NCBI GenBank assembly: GCA_964016885.1
Contig: OZ024740.1
Coordinates: forward strand, 37,448,001-37,512,000
Length of the DNA stretch: 64,000 nt
Direction: 5' to 3'
Origin: Eledone cirrhosa
Taxonomy: Eukaryota
Shown here in pieces: positions 1 through 12,530 of this stretch. The position numbers and the translations under genes are program-made. The first letter of the stretch is position 1. Each line of letters starts with the position of its first letter. A model generated the notes under the pieces. It had not been told where the DNA came from. It made no database searches and saw nothing but the letters and a program-made list of their open reading frames with translations.

Positions 1-87
1 TGGCTGTCTGCATTACGTCACTTCCCACAATTCCCTCTGCGTCCAGAACGCACCCTTATAATATCTGTCTGCAGTACGTCACTTCCC

Positions 88-710
88 TGAGGATGTGTGT
101 GTGTGTGTGTCTGTGAGTTTGAAGCCCTAAAACTCGAGAAGTACCCAACCGATTTTTTTCAAACTTTACATGTGTATTACTTATGTTTCAGGCAGTGTTA
201 TGCACATAAAATTCAACTTTGTGATTCCCTAGGGCCCGCATTAAGTGAAAAACTGTGTTTTTTCAGCTTTTTATGGGTTTTTTTAGGCGTTACGTCAGAT
301 CGATTTCCTTGAAATTGTAACTATGTATTAGTCAGTCTCTTCTTCATATCGTGAGCAAAGAAAACCCAGCTTTTTTATGGCCTAGGGCCCGCATTAGGTG
401 AAAAACTTCATTTTTTTCAGCTTTTTAGGGCTCTTTTGAGGCGTTACATCTAGCCGATTTTCCAGAAATTTCAAGGCATATTATGCACATTAAAAAAATT
501 CATTTTCTTGATCTCCTAGGGCCCACATTAGGTGAAAACCTGCATTTTTCCTGCTTCATTGAGGAAAATCTTAAAGATTATCCAGCCATCAGAGTATTCG
601 GTTTATTTTCTTTACATATTGTCCAGGCATGCAGTTTTTCCACGATTAGGTCTGTTGGCGGCCCGCGTTCCAAATACCTTATCCCGTGCAACGCCAGGTA
701 CCACTGCTTG
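88..710 (+). mobile_element. Non-autonomous Helitron-like element
   Basis: 5' motif gaggatgtgtgtgtg..tctgt and 3' subterminal ccgtgcaacgccaggta..cttg|t both match the Helitron at 9937-11112. Three internal ctagggccc(g/a)catta(a/g)gtgaaaa repeats. Confidence 0.6.
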
Positions 711-810
711 TATATATATAGAAGTAGTAACAACAGTTAGTTCACCATACCGAGAACAATTGTTTCACCTTATGTGGATCTTCAGCTCAGACTCTCTCTC
801 TCTCGCCTAT

Positions 811-1250
811 GGAGGCACATGGCTTAGTGGTTAGAGCATTGGGCTTGCAATCGAAAGGTTGTGAGTTCAATTCTCGGACCGGGTGATGTGTTGTTTCCTT
901 GAGCAAGACACTTTATTTCACATTGCTCCAGTTTACTCAGCTGTAGAAATGAGATGATAGGACTGGGGTCCCTATCATTCCACTGCAAAGTGGTCGTGGA
1001 GGTGTCACGGCAAAAAAGCACCCAGCCCACACTGTAAAGTGGACGTGTAAGCGCCACAGAATAAAAGCACCCAGCACTCACTGTAAATGAGGTTGGTGTT
1101 AGGAAGGGCATCCAGCTATAGAAATCAAGCCAGAATCAGTTCCTGTATGAGCAAGATAAGGTCAGCCGACCGGACACTGTCCACAACAGGACAACCCGTC
1201 TAACCCATGCTAGCGTGGAAGAACGGACATAAAACAGTGATGATGATGAT
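811..1250 (+). mobile_element. tRNA-derived SINE, family 1, long-tail form
   Basis: A-box tggcttagtgg and B-box gagttcaattc, CORE-like ccttgagcaagacactt, tail shared with RTE 3' UTR, (GAT)n end. Confidence 0.88.
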
Positions 1251-2326
1251 ATATTTATATATGTACAAAATAGTTAGTAAGGTATATTATATATGTAACG
1301 AAAATACAAAATAGATGGTAAGCTATAGTATATATTTACATAGTAGATGACACGCTATAGTATATATTTACATAGTAGATGACACACTATAGTATATATA
1401 TATGTACCAAAAGTAGAAACAATTATTATGTTTATTGATAAACCAATGTTATGTTACAAAAGGAGATAAAACAAGCAGTCCATTTCTAGCAGAAATGATT
1501 ATAAATTAGGAGTTTATTATTTAAATTTATTTATAATCAATGAATTATAAACAGTAGGTGTCTCCCTGGATTTATGTAAATTATTTCTGATGAGGAATAA
1601 AAAGAAAGAGGAAACTAATTATGCTCCTCCCCACCACAGGAACTCTGCAGGTATTTTGAAAGAAAAACAATTGAATGGATTATAGAGATTTCTCTTTATT
1701 GGCTATTATATTACACAGTTGAATGACAGTGATATTTCAGCTGTTTATTTGTAATGTTTATATATTTAAATATTTATTCTTTTGGTAATGATCATTATTT
1801 CTTACTGGTCTAATAAGTTTGTAACCCTTACACTTTTGAAATAGCTTCATTTTCTATTTCATTAACTTTATAATTACAGGAGAAATTAAAATTTTAATTG
1901 GTTTGAAATGAAATGTACAGTTAACAGTTGTGTAGGTTTAGCTGACCTCTTATAAGGTTACATCTCATAGGCAATTTCTTGAGTGTTTTAATGGTAGGGG
2001 CCTCAGTCCTATTATTAAAAAACAACAGGAAATGGAGTGTCACTGCCTAATCCAAGAATCAAACTCACAACCTTATGATTGTGAGTCCAACTCCTTAAAC
2101 ATTATGCTGCATGCCTTTACCTTAGAAAAAAAATATTAAAAACTATTTCTACTACTCCACTGTCTTTATGTTGCAATAAAATTTACCACTGAAATATTCA
2201 CTTTTTATAGAATACTTTAATTTTTAAAAAAGGGTTACAGATTTCAAATATTTTAAACTAAAAATGAACTACTTTAATTGTTGATGTTATGATTTATTGT
2301 TGCAATAAATAATGGCAATTATTATT

Positions 2327-3490
2327 CTGGAACAATTGCTCTTTCGTTTTTTGTGGAATAGACATGTGCCAATGGTCAGGTGGTCCATTGCTGCCAACAC
2401 CTGCTAAGTGGAGGACTGGGCATGCTGTGACTGATGATATGCCAACATGCGCTCAAGCTACTCATCTCCAGCTCTATCTCGATGGTGAACATGTGTGGTC
2501 ACTATTTGCTAGACACAGTTTTCCACAAATCATCTCTTTTACAGAGCTGCAGTCCTATGTCAAGTGAGGACAGAGAGGGAGTGCTTGGAAACTGGAATGT
2601 CTCTAAGCGTTCACAACCCTCAGCCAATTGGGCAGTGTGATCAGTGGAAAATCTACCCTAGCTTTCTATAGAGTTTTGGTGGCAGGTAAAAACAATGATG
2701 TTCTTAGCAAGGCACTAGGAGTTGACAAAAACCAACTAGCCACTTTTTTCCAGAGAACTTTTAGTCCAATGCCCATGGAAAACTTCCAGAAATTCAGAGT
2801 ATGGCAGTGCTACAGAGGAGCTTTGCCAACTCTACATGCATGGAAGTGCTGTCAGCTGGGCCTGTCTGAGAAGTGCACAGAATGATGAAACCATCTTGCA
2901 TGCACTCATCGAGTTTCCAAGTAATGCTGACCTGTGGGTTTATGTTGAATACATGCTAGGACAGATCCATCTATCAACTGAGCCCATTGTGAAGATCGCC
3001 CTATTGTTTTCCTTTAGGTGGGGAAGGACAGCCTGGTGGCCATGACAAAAGAGCTGGTGTGGTGGACATGCCTGAAAGGTTTGAAGACAAGCACTTTCCT
3101 CTTCAGTGAAGCCCAGATTAACTTTTTCAGGTTTCACCTGAAGAGAAAGATCAGGGTGGAAAGGGAAATACTGTGTTCCAACCAGGTTTTTGAAAGGTCA
3201 GTGAGAGATAAGCATGGTCCGAGTAAATGGGCTGATCTGAGTATGCGCCTGTAATTTGGAGAACATCTGAGAGAGGGCACTTGTCCTAGCAGTCAAGTTT
3301 TCCATGGCTTTTTGTGAGCTTTCCCTATGAGTGACCCTTGGAGGTATCTCCATTTTTGTAGAATTTGTTATGTTTTTATTTTAAATCTTTGTTTTTAGTC
3401 TTTATAAATATTTCCCTCAAACAAAAAACCTACATTGTACTGTCCTTATTGTCCTCTTAATGCAAACCCTGTGTGGCTAATAAAGAAACC
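2327..3490 (+). mobile_element. Decayed 5'-truncated Tx1/L1-clade LINE
   Basis: Frameshifted ORF pieces are collinear with 23528-24976 (FSPMPMENFQK, WQCYRGALP, KELVWWTCLKGL). Ends gtggctaataaagaaac. Confidence 0.85.
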
Positions 3491-3508
3491 ATTATTAATA
3501 TTATTGCT

Positions 3509-3860
3509 ATTAGCAGTATCGGTAGAGCGTCAGACCCATGCTTTGCAGCATAGAGTTATGACCTGTTGTGTTCCTAGTTCAAAGCTCGCCAAGGTTAACT
3601 TTGCCTTTCATCCTTACGGGGTCGATAAAATAAAGTACCAGTCACGCACTGGGGTCAATTTAATCGACTTTCCCCTCCCCCAAAATTGCTGGCCTTGTGC
3701 CTATATAAGAAACTATTATTATTATTATGACTCTTTATGTTCTGAGTTCAAATCCCGCCGAGGTTAACTTTTCTTTTCAACCTTACGGGGTCGATAAAAT
3801 AAAGTACCAGTAATACACTGGGATAATTGTTGGCCTTGTGCCAAACGTAGAAACAATTAT
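3509..3860 (+). mobile_element. SINE family 2, two tandem partial copies
   Basis: gagttcaaatcc B-box, conserved ctttgcctttcatccttacggggtcgataaaataaagtaccag, (ATT)n tail. Confidence 0.8.
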
Positions 3861-4388
3861 CATTATCATTTGATTACACAGACACCACGCGCGTATACGT
3901 CTTTTTTTTTTTTTGCTATAATTCTTTTTTCCAGTTCATATAATATTAATGAAATGAAACAGAATAATAATAATAATAATAGTCATGATAAAGGGAAGAC
4001 GTGTTCTAGGGTTGATTCTACTCTGTATTTAATGGTATTAACTAAATGAGAAGTTAAATCTATCTTTTGATAAGCTATCAGTCTGTCTGTCTACTGTGGT
4101 CAACATCCTAACCAGTAACATTTTTGACAGCCACCTAAATTATTGAGTCTTGCCCTCCATAGCGACATAATACCATACCTGAACTATATCCACTCCGTAA
4201 TTTATTGACATCCAACATGTAAATATTGTTTTTATATACAGTGGTATTCAAAAGTTCTGGGGAGGGCTTTTTAAATTGCAATATTTTGAAAACAAGAAAT
4301 ATAATTTTATTAACAAGAATTTTATTAACAAGAAATATAATTTTATTTATAAAGGAAATTGAATGACATATACTGACATTATATATAC

Positions 4389-4570
4389 GGGCGGTGGATT
4401 GGCAGTATCGGTAGAGGGTCGGACGCCATGCTTTGCAGCAAAGAGTTACGGCCCTTTATGGTCTGAGTTCAAATCCTGCCGAGGTTAACTTTGCCTTTCA
4501 TCCTTACGGGGTCGATAAAATAAAGTACCAGTAATGTACTGGGATAATTGTGCCAAAAGTAGAAATAATT
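4389..4570 (+). mobile_element. SINE family 2
   Basis: ggcggtggattggcagtatcggtagag head and the same central domain as 3509-3860. Confidence 0.82.
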
Positions 4571-4855
4571 ATATATTATATATACATTAACATTATTTAC
4601 TATACACTTTTCAATGTGTTTTCTAAACTTAATAATTTTTTTTTTACATAGTAGTTTAATCATTTTTAATATACTACACTTTTAACATAACGATGTCTTT
4701 TTTACTAAAATTTATCAAAAAGATCAGATAATAAAATATTAGTTTCCTTTATAGGTTTTCAGCAAATATACTTTAAAATGTTTACTATGTTATATAATTC
4801 CATTAACAATAGCGATTTGTGTTACTGTTTTACATTTTTTTAATAATGTTTGCAA

Positions 4856-5350
4856 GAGATGTAGGTTATATTTGTTGGGTCATGAGATATAGGTTATATT
4901 TGTTGGGTCATGAGGTATACATTATATTTGTTGGGTCATGAGGTATACATTATATTTGTTGGGTCATGAGGTATAATGTTATATTTGTTGGGTCATGAGA
5001 TATATATTATATTTGTTGGATCATGAGATTTATATTATATTTGTTGGGTCATGAGATATACGTTATATTTGTTGGGTCATGAGATATACGTTATATTTGT
5101 TGGGTCGTGAGATATACGTTATATTTGTTGGGGCATGAGATATATGTTATATTTGTTGGAGCATGAGATATATGTTATATTTGTTGGGTCATAAGATATA
5201 TATATATGTGTTATATTTGTTGTGTCATGATATATACATTATATTTGTCGGGACATGAGGTATATATTATATTTGTCAGGACATGAGATATATATTATAT
5301 TTGTCAGCACATGAGATATATATATTATATTTGTTGGGATATATTTGTTG
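4856..5350. repeat. 28-bp minisatellite
   Basis: About 17 tandem units of gagatatacgttatatttgttgggtcat. Confidence 0.92.
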
Positions 5351-7027
5351 AGACAATTAGTTTTACAACTGCATGTTCTTCTACTGTTAATCATGAAGTA
5401 TAGGTGGGGCCTGCTTTTACTTCAGACAGGTAAAGTTATTTGTTATTAATAACCAAATTAGTTTGAGTGAACTCTTTCTTTTAGATCTTGATTCAAATGC
5501 ACTACAACTATTTCCATATGTATCTAGATATTTAAATATGTGCCTCATTTTACAAATCGTTCAACATAAATATCAGATCTGCTGAAAATCTATAAATATA
5601 AATGTAAATACCTGCTAAGCTTCAGAAGAGGCTTTAAGAGGTGGTGTTTACCTTCAGTTTTATGATGTGAAGTAGATGAATAATAAATCTCCCTCTAATG
5701 ATGTTAAGCAGTTCAGTAGTTAACAATGCCAATTTATAGTTAACATTCCCATATAATCTGGTTGCTATTTCTCAGATAACTGGGGGAACTGAGGTAATGT
5801 AGAAGAAAGCACTCTGCTCAGAAATGCAACTATACTCTTGCAATTGTTTTAAACTCTTGATGTTTGAACAGATAGCTTGTCCAGTAGCTTTTTATTTTGT
5901 GATCTCACTTCTACAGCAGTCTCGCTCTAATAAACTGACATCCACTTCACAAGTAGATTTAACACTCAACTGCTTAACCATTTCATTGCCATATTTCTAA
6001 TTAAATACACTCTATATGCAATTAATTATTGAACGATTTACTAAATTTATTAATTATTTCATTAGTAAGGTTGTAAGTTAACACATGGTAACTTAACATT
6101 ATATTGGAGGGTTTTAATTTAAATAGGAACCCTTTAGAATATAAAATGGTTGGTTTTGTTTCATAGAACCAGAGTCCGTTTTGGCCAGGTTGATATTAAA
6201 CTAGTTAAAATTAAATCAAACTTAAACATAAGCCTTTATGATGAACTAGTGAGGGAGCCTCTCTGTCAGTGGTTCCCAAACTTTTCCCTATCAATGGCCC
6301 CTTTGCATTTAAAATTTTTCATGGAATCCTCACTACAATTACTCCCTATCTGGATTGTTATGCAGTGATAGTAATAATTGAAAGAGAGAAATGTTTATAT
6401 TTAGAGAAGAATAGATTCCCAATAGTGTGCGTATTGTATTTTTAACAAAGTACTTGAAAATTTGAACTTAGCTCAAAAAACCGCCAGTCCTACCTTTATG
6501 GACCACAAAACTCCGAGGGCTCTAGGCTGGTAACTCAATCTGCTAGCAATAGCATCCAATTCTTCCTCAAATTTTACACCCTACCATCTTAAAAATAGAA
6601 AGTAAACATTAGTGATAGATGTGATACTACTGGAGGAAAAGATGGGATGATCATGGATGGAGTGTCTTTGATTATAGATCTATTGAATCAGATGATTTTG
6701 AGTGTAACAATAATCAACTGTTACAAGTCTTACAGGACTCTTGGAGACATTTTCATATTTGTATTCAATTTTGTTGTTTATCTTGATTAGGTTATTGTTA
6801 TTTGATAATTTTTTTTATTATGCTATGATACCAAATATTATTATTACTACAGAGGAGGAGGAGGAGGCAATCATCAGTATTTAGCAACATGCACAAATTT
6901 CATGTAAATCAAAATGCCTAATAATGTTTTTTTCTTTTCCTTTTCATTTTACTTTTGCAGAATTTCAAGTACTATTCAAATTTTAAATGTCTCATTACCA
7001 ATTTCTTGGTAACATGACCATCGAGTT

Positions 7028-7100
7028 ATGATGAAGTATTTTAATTCATGCCCAAAAGAAGATACCAATTTTAAAAAATCAACAACTAATATGGGAAAGA
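7028..7100 (+). CDS. EcR: Nuclear receptor (EcR/NR1H-like), putative first coding exon (exon 6961-7100)
   Basis: Strong polypyrimidine/cag acceptor at 6960 and gtaagt donor at 7101. ATG at 7028 has an in-frame TAA upstream at 7010. Reads MMKYFNSCPKEDTNFKKSTTNMGK, and the phase-1 end joins exon 8826 in frame. Confidence 0.6.
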
Positions 7101-8825
7101 GTAAGTGAATTTTCTTGAAATTTATTTCAATTTTGGACAGTTTCTTTTTTAACCTTTGGATTAGGTTAATTTTTTCCATGTTCTCTTCCAAGTTTTGACT
7201 TGATCATTTCTAAAGTGCTTGCCTCACTTGTAGTGATACATAATTTTAGCTTGCTGTAGCTGACAGTTGAGGATTTACAGCAGTTGAAGGATTGAAATTA
7301 GATTTTTTTTTTTTTTTTTTTTTTTTTTGTCTAAAAAAAATGGTGAAACATTTTGTATGATGAAAGAAAGGATCTATTTTTGTAAAATTGTTGTTTCAAA
7401 ACCAAAAAGTATTTTATTTTCTCTCAAATGTCAACACCTCTATTTCCAGTTCTAAATTGTTTTGTTCTTCTTTGTTTTATACATATCTTGATATTAAATA
7501 TAATTCATGATTTCCATTTCTTTTTTTTTTTTTTTTTAACTCTATGCATTAATTAAGTGTCTGTGCATTAATTAAGACATTCAAATCTAAATTTTTTGCA
7601 ACGTTATCCACAATCCTATAATTCCCGGTAATCTTTCTGACTTAGGTTCAAAATTAAAAATATATAATGATGAAAATTAAATTGTTTGATTCATGTCTTT
7701 CTTAAAACTGTTAGCAGTACTAACTAATAAAGGGAGTTAGCTTCAACTGGTAATTAAAGCTGATTTGGGGTTTACCTTCCTGGAACCTTATCTCTTATTC
7801 TATGGTGTTAACCAAGTAAATTTTTTAATTCTCACTTTACATTTGACAGAGTTAATATTGAGTCTTATAGAATACTACATCTTTGTTCTATTTTGAAGGT
7901 GCATGGCTCAGTGGTTAGAGATTTGGATTCATCATTGTGGGGTTGTGAATTCAATTCCCGGACCAAGCAATGTGTTATGTCCTTGAGCAAGACTTTATTT
8001 CACACTGTGACCAGTAGATAGTATCAGCAATGGAGAGACCAATGGAAACATTGTTTCTTTGATCCAATTTGACAGTTCCACCCCTCTCAGTGAGTGTGAT
8101 CTGGGATCTTGTTGATCAATTCGATCAATCTATTTTGAAGTTTGTACTCTTTTAATTGTTTATTTTATATTTGGGACATTCAAATAATGTTACTATTTTA
8201 CTTCTAATTCATTTAATAAGATTATTCTTTAACAGTAGAAAAGGCCTTGAAAAAGAGTGGCCTGCAAACTACCTGGCTAACCATACTTCCTGTCAATTGT
8301 GGAACAAATGACCTTGATTAACAGTATCCTTACTGTTTTTCTGCTGTGTTAATAGTGTATTAATTCCTCACAGTATGATCCCTGGTGTCTCCTAAGCATT
8401 TCTTCTCTCCATCATTCTCTTTACTGATTTTTAATCTATATCTAAAGGATAAAAGTCTCTCTTCTCTTCTTAATAATCAATGTAGTTAAATCAATGAGTT
8501 AGAGAGACTATTTTTAATGAATTTCTCTTTAAGATCACCATTGTTAAGCAGCATTTTTATATGGAAAATGTTATCATTTCCAGTAGACTTAGCTTTAGTT
8601 ATGTATTTTTGACATTAAAGTGATAAAGTTGTACAGCATATTGCATCTGCTCTGTTGGCAATTAAATTTCCAAGCATGTTAATATAAAAATCATTTTTTA
8701 TTCTAAAAGCAATTGTAATTTTTTTTATTCGAAGTTGAATTTGACCAGAATTATAAAAGATATGAAATAAATATATTTATATTTTTTATAAAATTGGCAA
8801 TGACTTTTTTTTTATCTTTGTTTAG

Positions 8826-9083
8826 TTTTAAAAGCCTGTCCATCTAAAGAGGTCATAAGCCAAATTAATGGTCCTCTTACTACTGTATCAATGAATATTG
8901 CAAGCCAAACTGAATTTCCAGTTGCACAAAATAAATCCGATGAAAAAAAGAATTCATGGGAAAGTACACCACAAAAGTTATCAAACAGATCACAGAAAAC
9001 GACAGAAGAAGAACTTTGTAGGATATGTGGTGATCGTGCATCAGGTTATCACTACAATGCTCTCAGCTGTGAAGGATGTAAAG
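8826..9083 (+). CDS. EcR: EcR-like exon: A/B region and first C4 zinc finger
   Basis: tttag acceptor. [26 protein letters not shown] with P-box CEGCKG, nearly identical to the EcR DBD start. gt donor at 9084, phase 1. Confidence 0.93.
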
Positions 9084-9341
9084 GTATAAATTGTTTCATT
9101 GTAATATATCTATAAGGTGACCATCAAGTTTTGTAGAATTATTTTAGCTTATGTCCAAAAAATGATACCAAGTTCGGAATTTAATGATTTTAAAATGTTT
9201 GTCTTATAGATAGGCTTTTTAATTCTTCTTGTAATAGAATTGAAATTAATATAACTGACAGTTCAAGATAGCAACATAATGGTTTTATATTTTCATAAAA
9301 ATAGAAAAAGAAACATTTCTAACTTCTTTGAATAGAATTAA

Positions 9342-9549
9342 CCCTTTAGCATCTACATTTTTGTATATATACTATTATATTTCCTCAGTAAAGGTTTTAT
9401 CTCACATAATATGGAATCTACAAGATTTTGATGTTATTTATTTTTAGAACAATATCTTAACGTAAATATGAGTGGCCAGTTATGGCCAATTTGAACAGAA
9501 AGAGGTGAGAGAATTCTGGCCGGATACGGCCGGTTTAAATGCTAAAGGG
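9342..9549. mobile_element. piggyBac-like MITE
   Basis: TTAA on both sides. TIRs ccctttagcat / atgctaaaggg. Confidence 0.85.
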
Positions 9550-9936
9550 TTAAACAGCTTTCTCTTTTACTGAAAATCATTAGTTGCTAGTTGCTTATAA
9601 GTAAAATACATCACATATATATATTTCCTATAATATTATACTACATATCAACTTATCTATCCAGTATATGGCAGAGAAGGATAAAAATTTGACCAAATCA
9701 ATTTTTGAAGTATTATTTCATCTTGATTATCAGTCCATAATGGTTGATTTCTGGATATATATAATATACTATATACAATAGATATATATTATGCTATATG
9801 CAAGCATGGAAAAGCAGACGTAAAAACGAGAATGATGATGACTATATACAATAAATATATAATATAGTATATAAAATAAATATATAATATACTATATACA
9901 GTAAATATATATATACTATATACAATAAATATATAA

Positions 9937-11112
9937 TCTTTATATATATAAAAGCGAGGATGTGTGTGTGTCTGTGTACAACTTTGCATGCATAAGGCTT
10001 TCACAATTACCAACTGAATTTGACCAAATTTTCTGTGCACGTTACACAGGTCGCTAAGATTGTCACATCACAAACATTTTTCAAATCGACCCACGTTGAG
10101 CAATAAAAAATCGATATCAAAATTATCGGTAGAAAAATTGATGTAAGGGAGATAACAAACTTTATTGACAATCCTTATAAAAAAGGGAGATAACCAACTT
10201 TTCAGATATTGGTTTACCTCCCAATATATTGGTTCTGAAAGAGGGAACACTAGTTATTTTGCTGAGAAATATCACTCCTCCAAAACTATGCAATGATACA
10301 CGCCTTGTGGTTAAAAAACTGTCTCCACTTAGTATTGACGCTACCATTCTATCCGGATGTGGAAAAGGCGAGGATGTGATAATAACAAAAATTAGCCTGA
10401 CTACATCAGGTGTGGATACTCCCTTCTCCTTTCGCCGAAACCAATTTCCCCTTCGTGTTGCCTTTGTGATGTCCATAAACAAGTCGCAAGGTCAAACTCT
10501 GTCCGTCACTGGAATTCACTTGGATGAACCTTGCTTTTCGCACAGACAATTCTACGTTGCCTGCTCACGAGTTGGCAGTTGAGATAATCTCTTTGCGTCT
10601 GTTCCAAAAAGAAAAACAAAGAATATCGTCTATCCTGAAGTGCTTTAGTGTTAACAAAAAAACTTATTACAGCTCTGCCTTGACTTCACCTTACTCATTA
10701 CAAAACATACCAATGAATATGTCATGCAGGATATTTTGGATTATAAGTTTAAAATTTAACCATACACAGCAAAGGATGCTCTCAAAGAATAGATTTTCTC
10801 TTATTCTACTCTAATTGTTTTTTGGTTTGTATACAACTCTGCTTTCATTACAACTTTTTGTACTTTAGCAAAACTGCCTGTTTTTTTACAGATTTGCAAC
10901 GTGTATTGTCTTTAATCATTTGTATAACTACATCCTGTTCAGTGTTTTCCTTCATTATCAGCATAGTTTTATGTGTACAAAGATTGCACTAATTATTGAA
11001 GACTTCTGCTTATTTTGACAGGTTGGGGACAAATAATGTTCTTCTTTTACTTCCTAGCTGTATATTCTTAGCATAATTTCAAACTCCGAGCAACGCCGGG
11101 TAAATCTGCTAG
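9937..11112 (+). mobile_element. Internally deleted Helitron carrying a PIF1-helicase C-terminal fragment
   Basis: A|TC 5' end, subterminal ccgagcaacgccggg hairpin, CTAG|T 3' end. ORF 10229-10582 has QFPLRVAFVMSINKSQGQTL...FSHRQFYVACSRV (PIF1 motifs). Inserted into an atatactatatacagtaaat minisatellite. Confidence 0.92.
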
Positions 11113-11348
11113 TATACTATATACAATAAATATATAATATACTATATACAGTAAATATATATATATACTATATACAGTAAATATATAAAATACTATATAC
11201 AGTAAATATATAATATACTATATACAGTGAATATATATTTTTTTTTTATAAAAATCAGGCAGAATTAGAAGAAAACTGTGTAGAATCAACTCAGTAATCC
11301 TTTTTTTTTAAATTAAATTAGAGAAATAATGCAGAATCTATAAATTAA

Positions 11349-11569
11349 CCCTTTAGCATTTAAACTGGCCATATCCGGCCAGAATTCTCTCACCTCTTTC
11401 TGTTCAAACTGGCTGTAACCAGCTGCTTATACTGATGTTAAGGTATTGTTGTCAATATTAATAACATCAAAATCTCATAGATTTGAAATTATGTGAGATA
11501 ATTATGTAAGATAAAACCTTTACCACAAAAATACAATAGTATATATAGAGTAATGTAAATGCTAAAGGG
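11349..11569. mobile_element. piggyBac-like MITE, inverted copy of 9342-9549
   Basis: TTAA flanks and the same TIRs. Interior is the reverse complement (ggccagaattctctcacctctttctgttcaaa). Confidence 0.85.
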
Positions 11570-11671
11570 TTAAGGTGAATTACATTTGTCATGTTTATTG
11601 ATATAGTTTACCAAGTTTGAAATTGTAAATTCAATTGCTTTCATTTATTTTATATTTTCAATATTTCACAG

Positions 11672-11812
11672 GTTTCTTTCGACGAAGTATAACTAGGGAT
11701 GCTGTGTACACATGTAAATATGGTGGTAATTGTGAAATAGATATGTGGATGAGGCGGAAATGTCCTGCCTGCAGACTTTTACGATGTCGAGAAGCTGGAA
11801 TGAAACAAGAAT
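11672..11812 (+). CDS. EcR: EcR-like exon: second zinc finger
   Basis: cag acceptor. [48 protein letters not shown]. gttagt donor, phases 1/1. Confidence 0.95.
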
Positions 11813-11874
11813 GTTAGTAAACACTTCAAAATTTTGTATATATATATATATTGTAATTATTTTTGTATATATAT

Positions 11875-12488
11875 ATAAGTTAAAACAATGAAATAAAAAT
11901 TCAAGTCATTAGAAATATACATCACTGCTTTACGATCGTTTCTGGGTGATAATAATACATTGTACGCATATTTCGTTATCGATCTATGTAGGGTTAGTTA
12001 CAAAATATCAAATAAGGAATATATTTACCTACGTGTATATCATCAGCCGTTGTCAAAAGCAATGAAAATTTTATTCAAAATCAATAGTAAATTGAGTTCT
12101 ATGACCTTATTTGGAGGTAGCTGAAGAACAAACCAATCAAATGGTTTTTTGCCATATGATGTTAAGATAAAATATAACTCACTTTAGTTGAGGTCATGAC
12201 CCTTTGAAAGGAATGGTTGATTTTTGTAACTAACTCTACATAGATCGATAATGAAATATGCGTATGGTGTATTATTATCACCTAGAAACGATCGTAAAGC
12301 AGTGAAGTATATTTCTAATGACTTGAATTTTTAATTCATTGTTTTAACTTATATCATGACTCTGTTTTCCTTTTGATGTTTTATTGTTTTCCGGGATTTA
12401 TTTTAACCTACAACATTTTTAACATATGGATATTACATTGAGTTCTTCATGCAGACTAGACCCCACAACTAACCGTGGATATTTCTGT
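11875..12488. repeat. Long imperfect palindrome with one-sided tail in (TA)n
   Basis: Arms about 11875-12011 and 12217-12350 are reverse complements. Non-repeated tail runs to about 12488. Confidence 0.85.
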
Positions 12489-12495
12489 GTATATG

Positions 12496-12530
<35 letters not shown>

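Noticed and set aside
811-885. Functional tRNA genes at SINE heads
   Set aside because: No acceptor stem or terminator, and each continues into a SINE body.
10229-10582. Host PIF1 helicase gene
   Set aside because: A degenerate fragment enclosed by Helitron termini.
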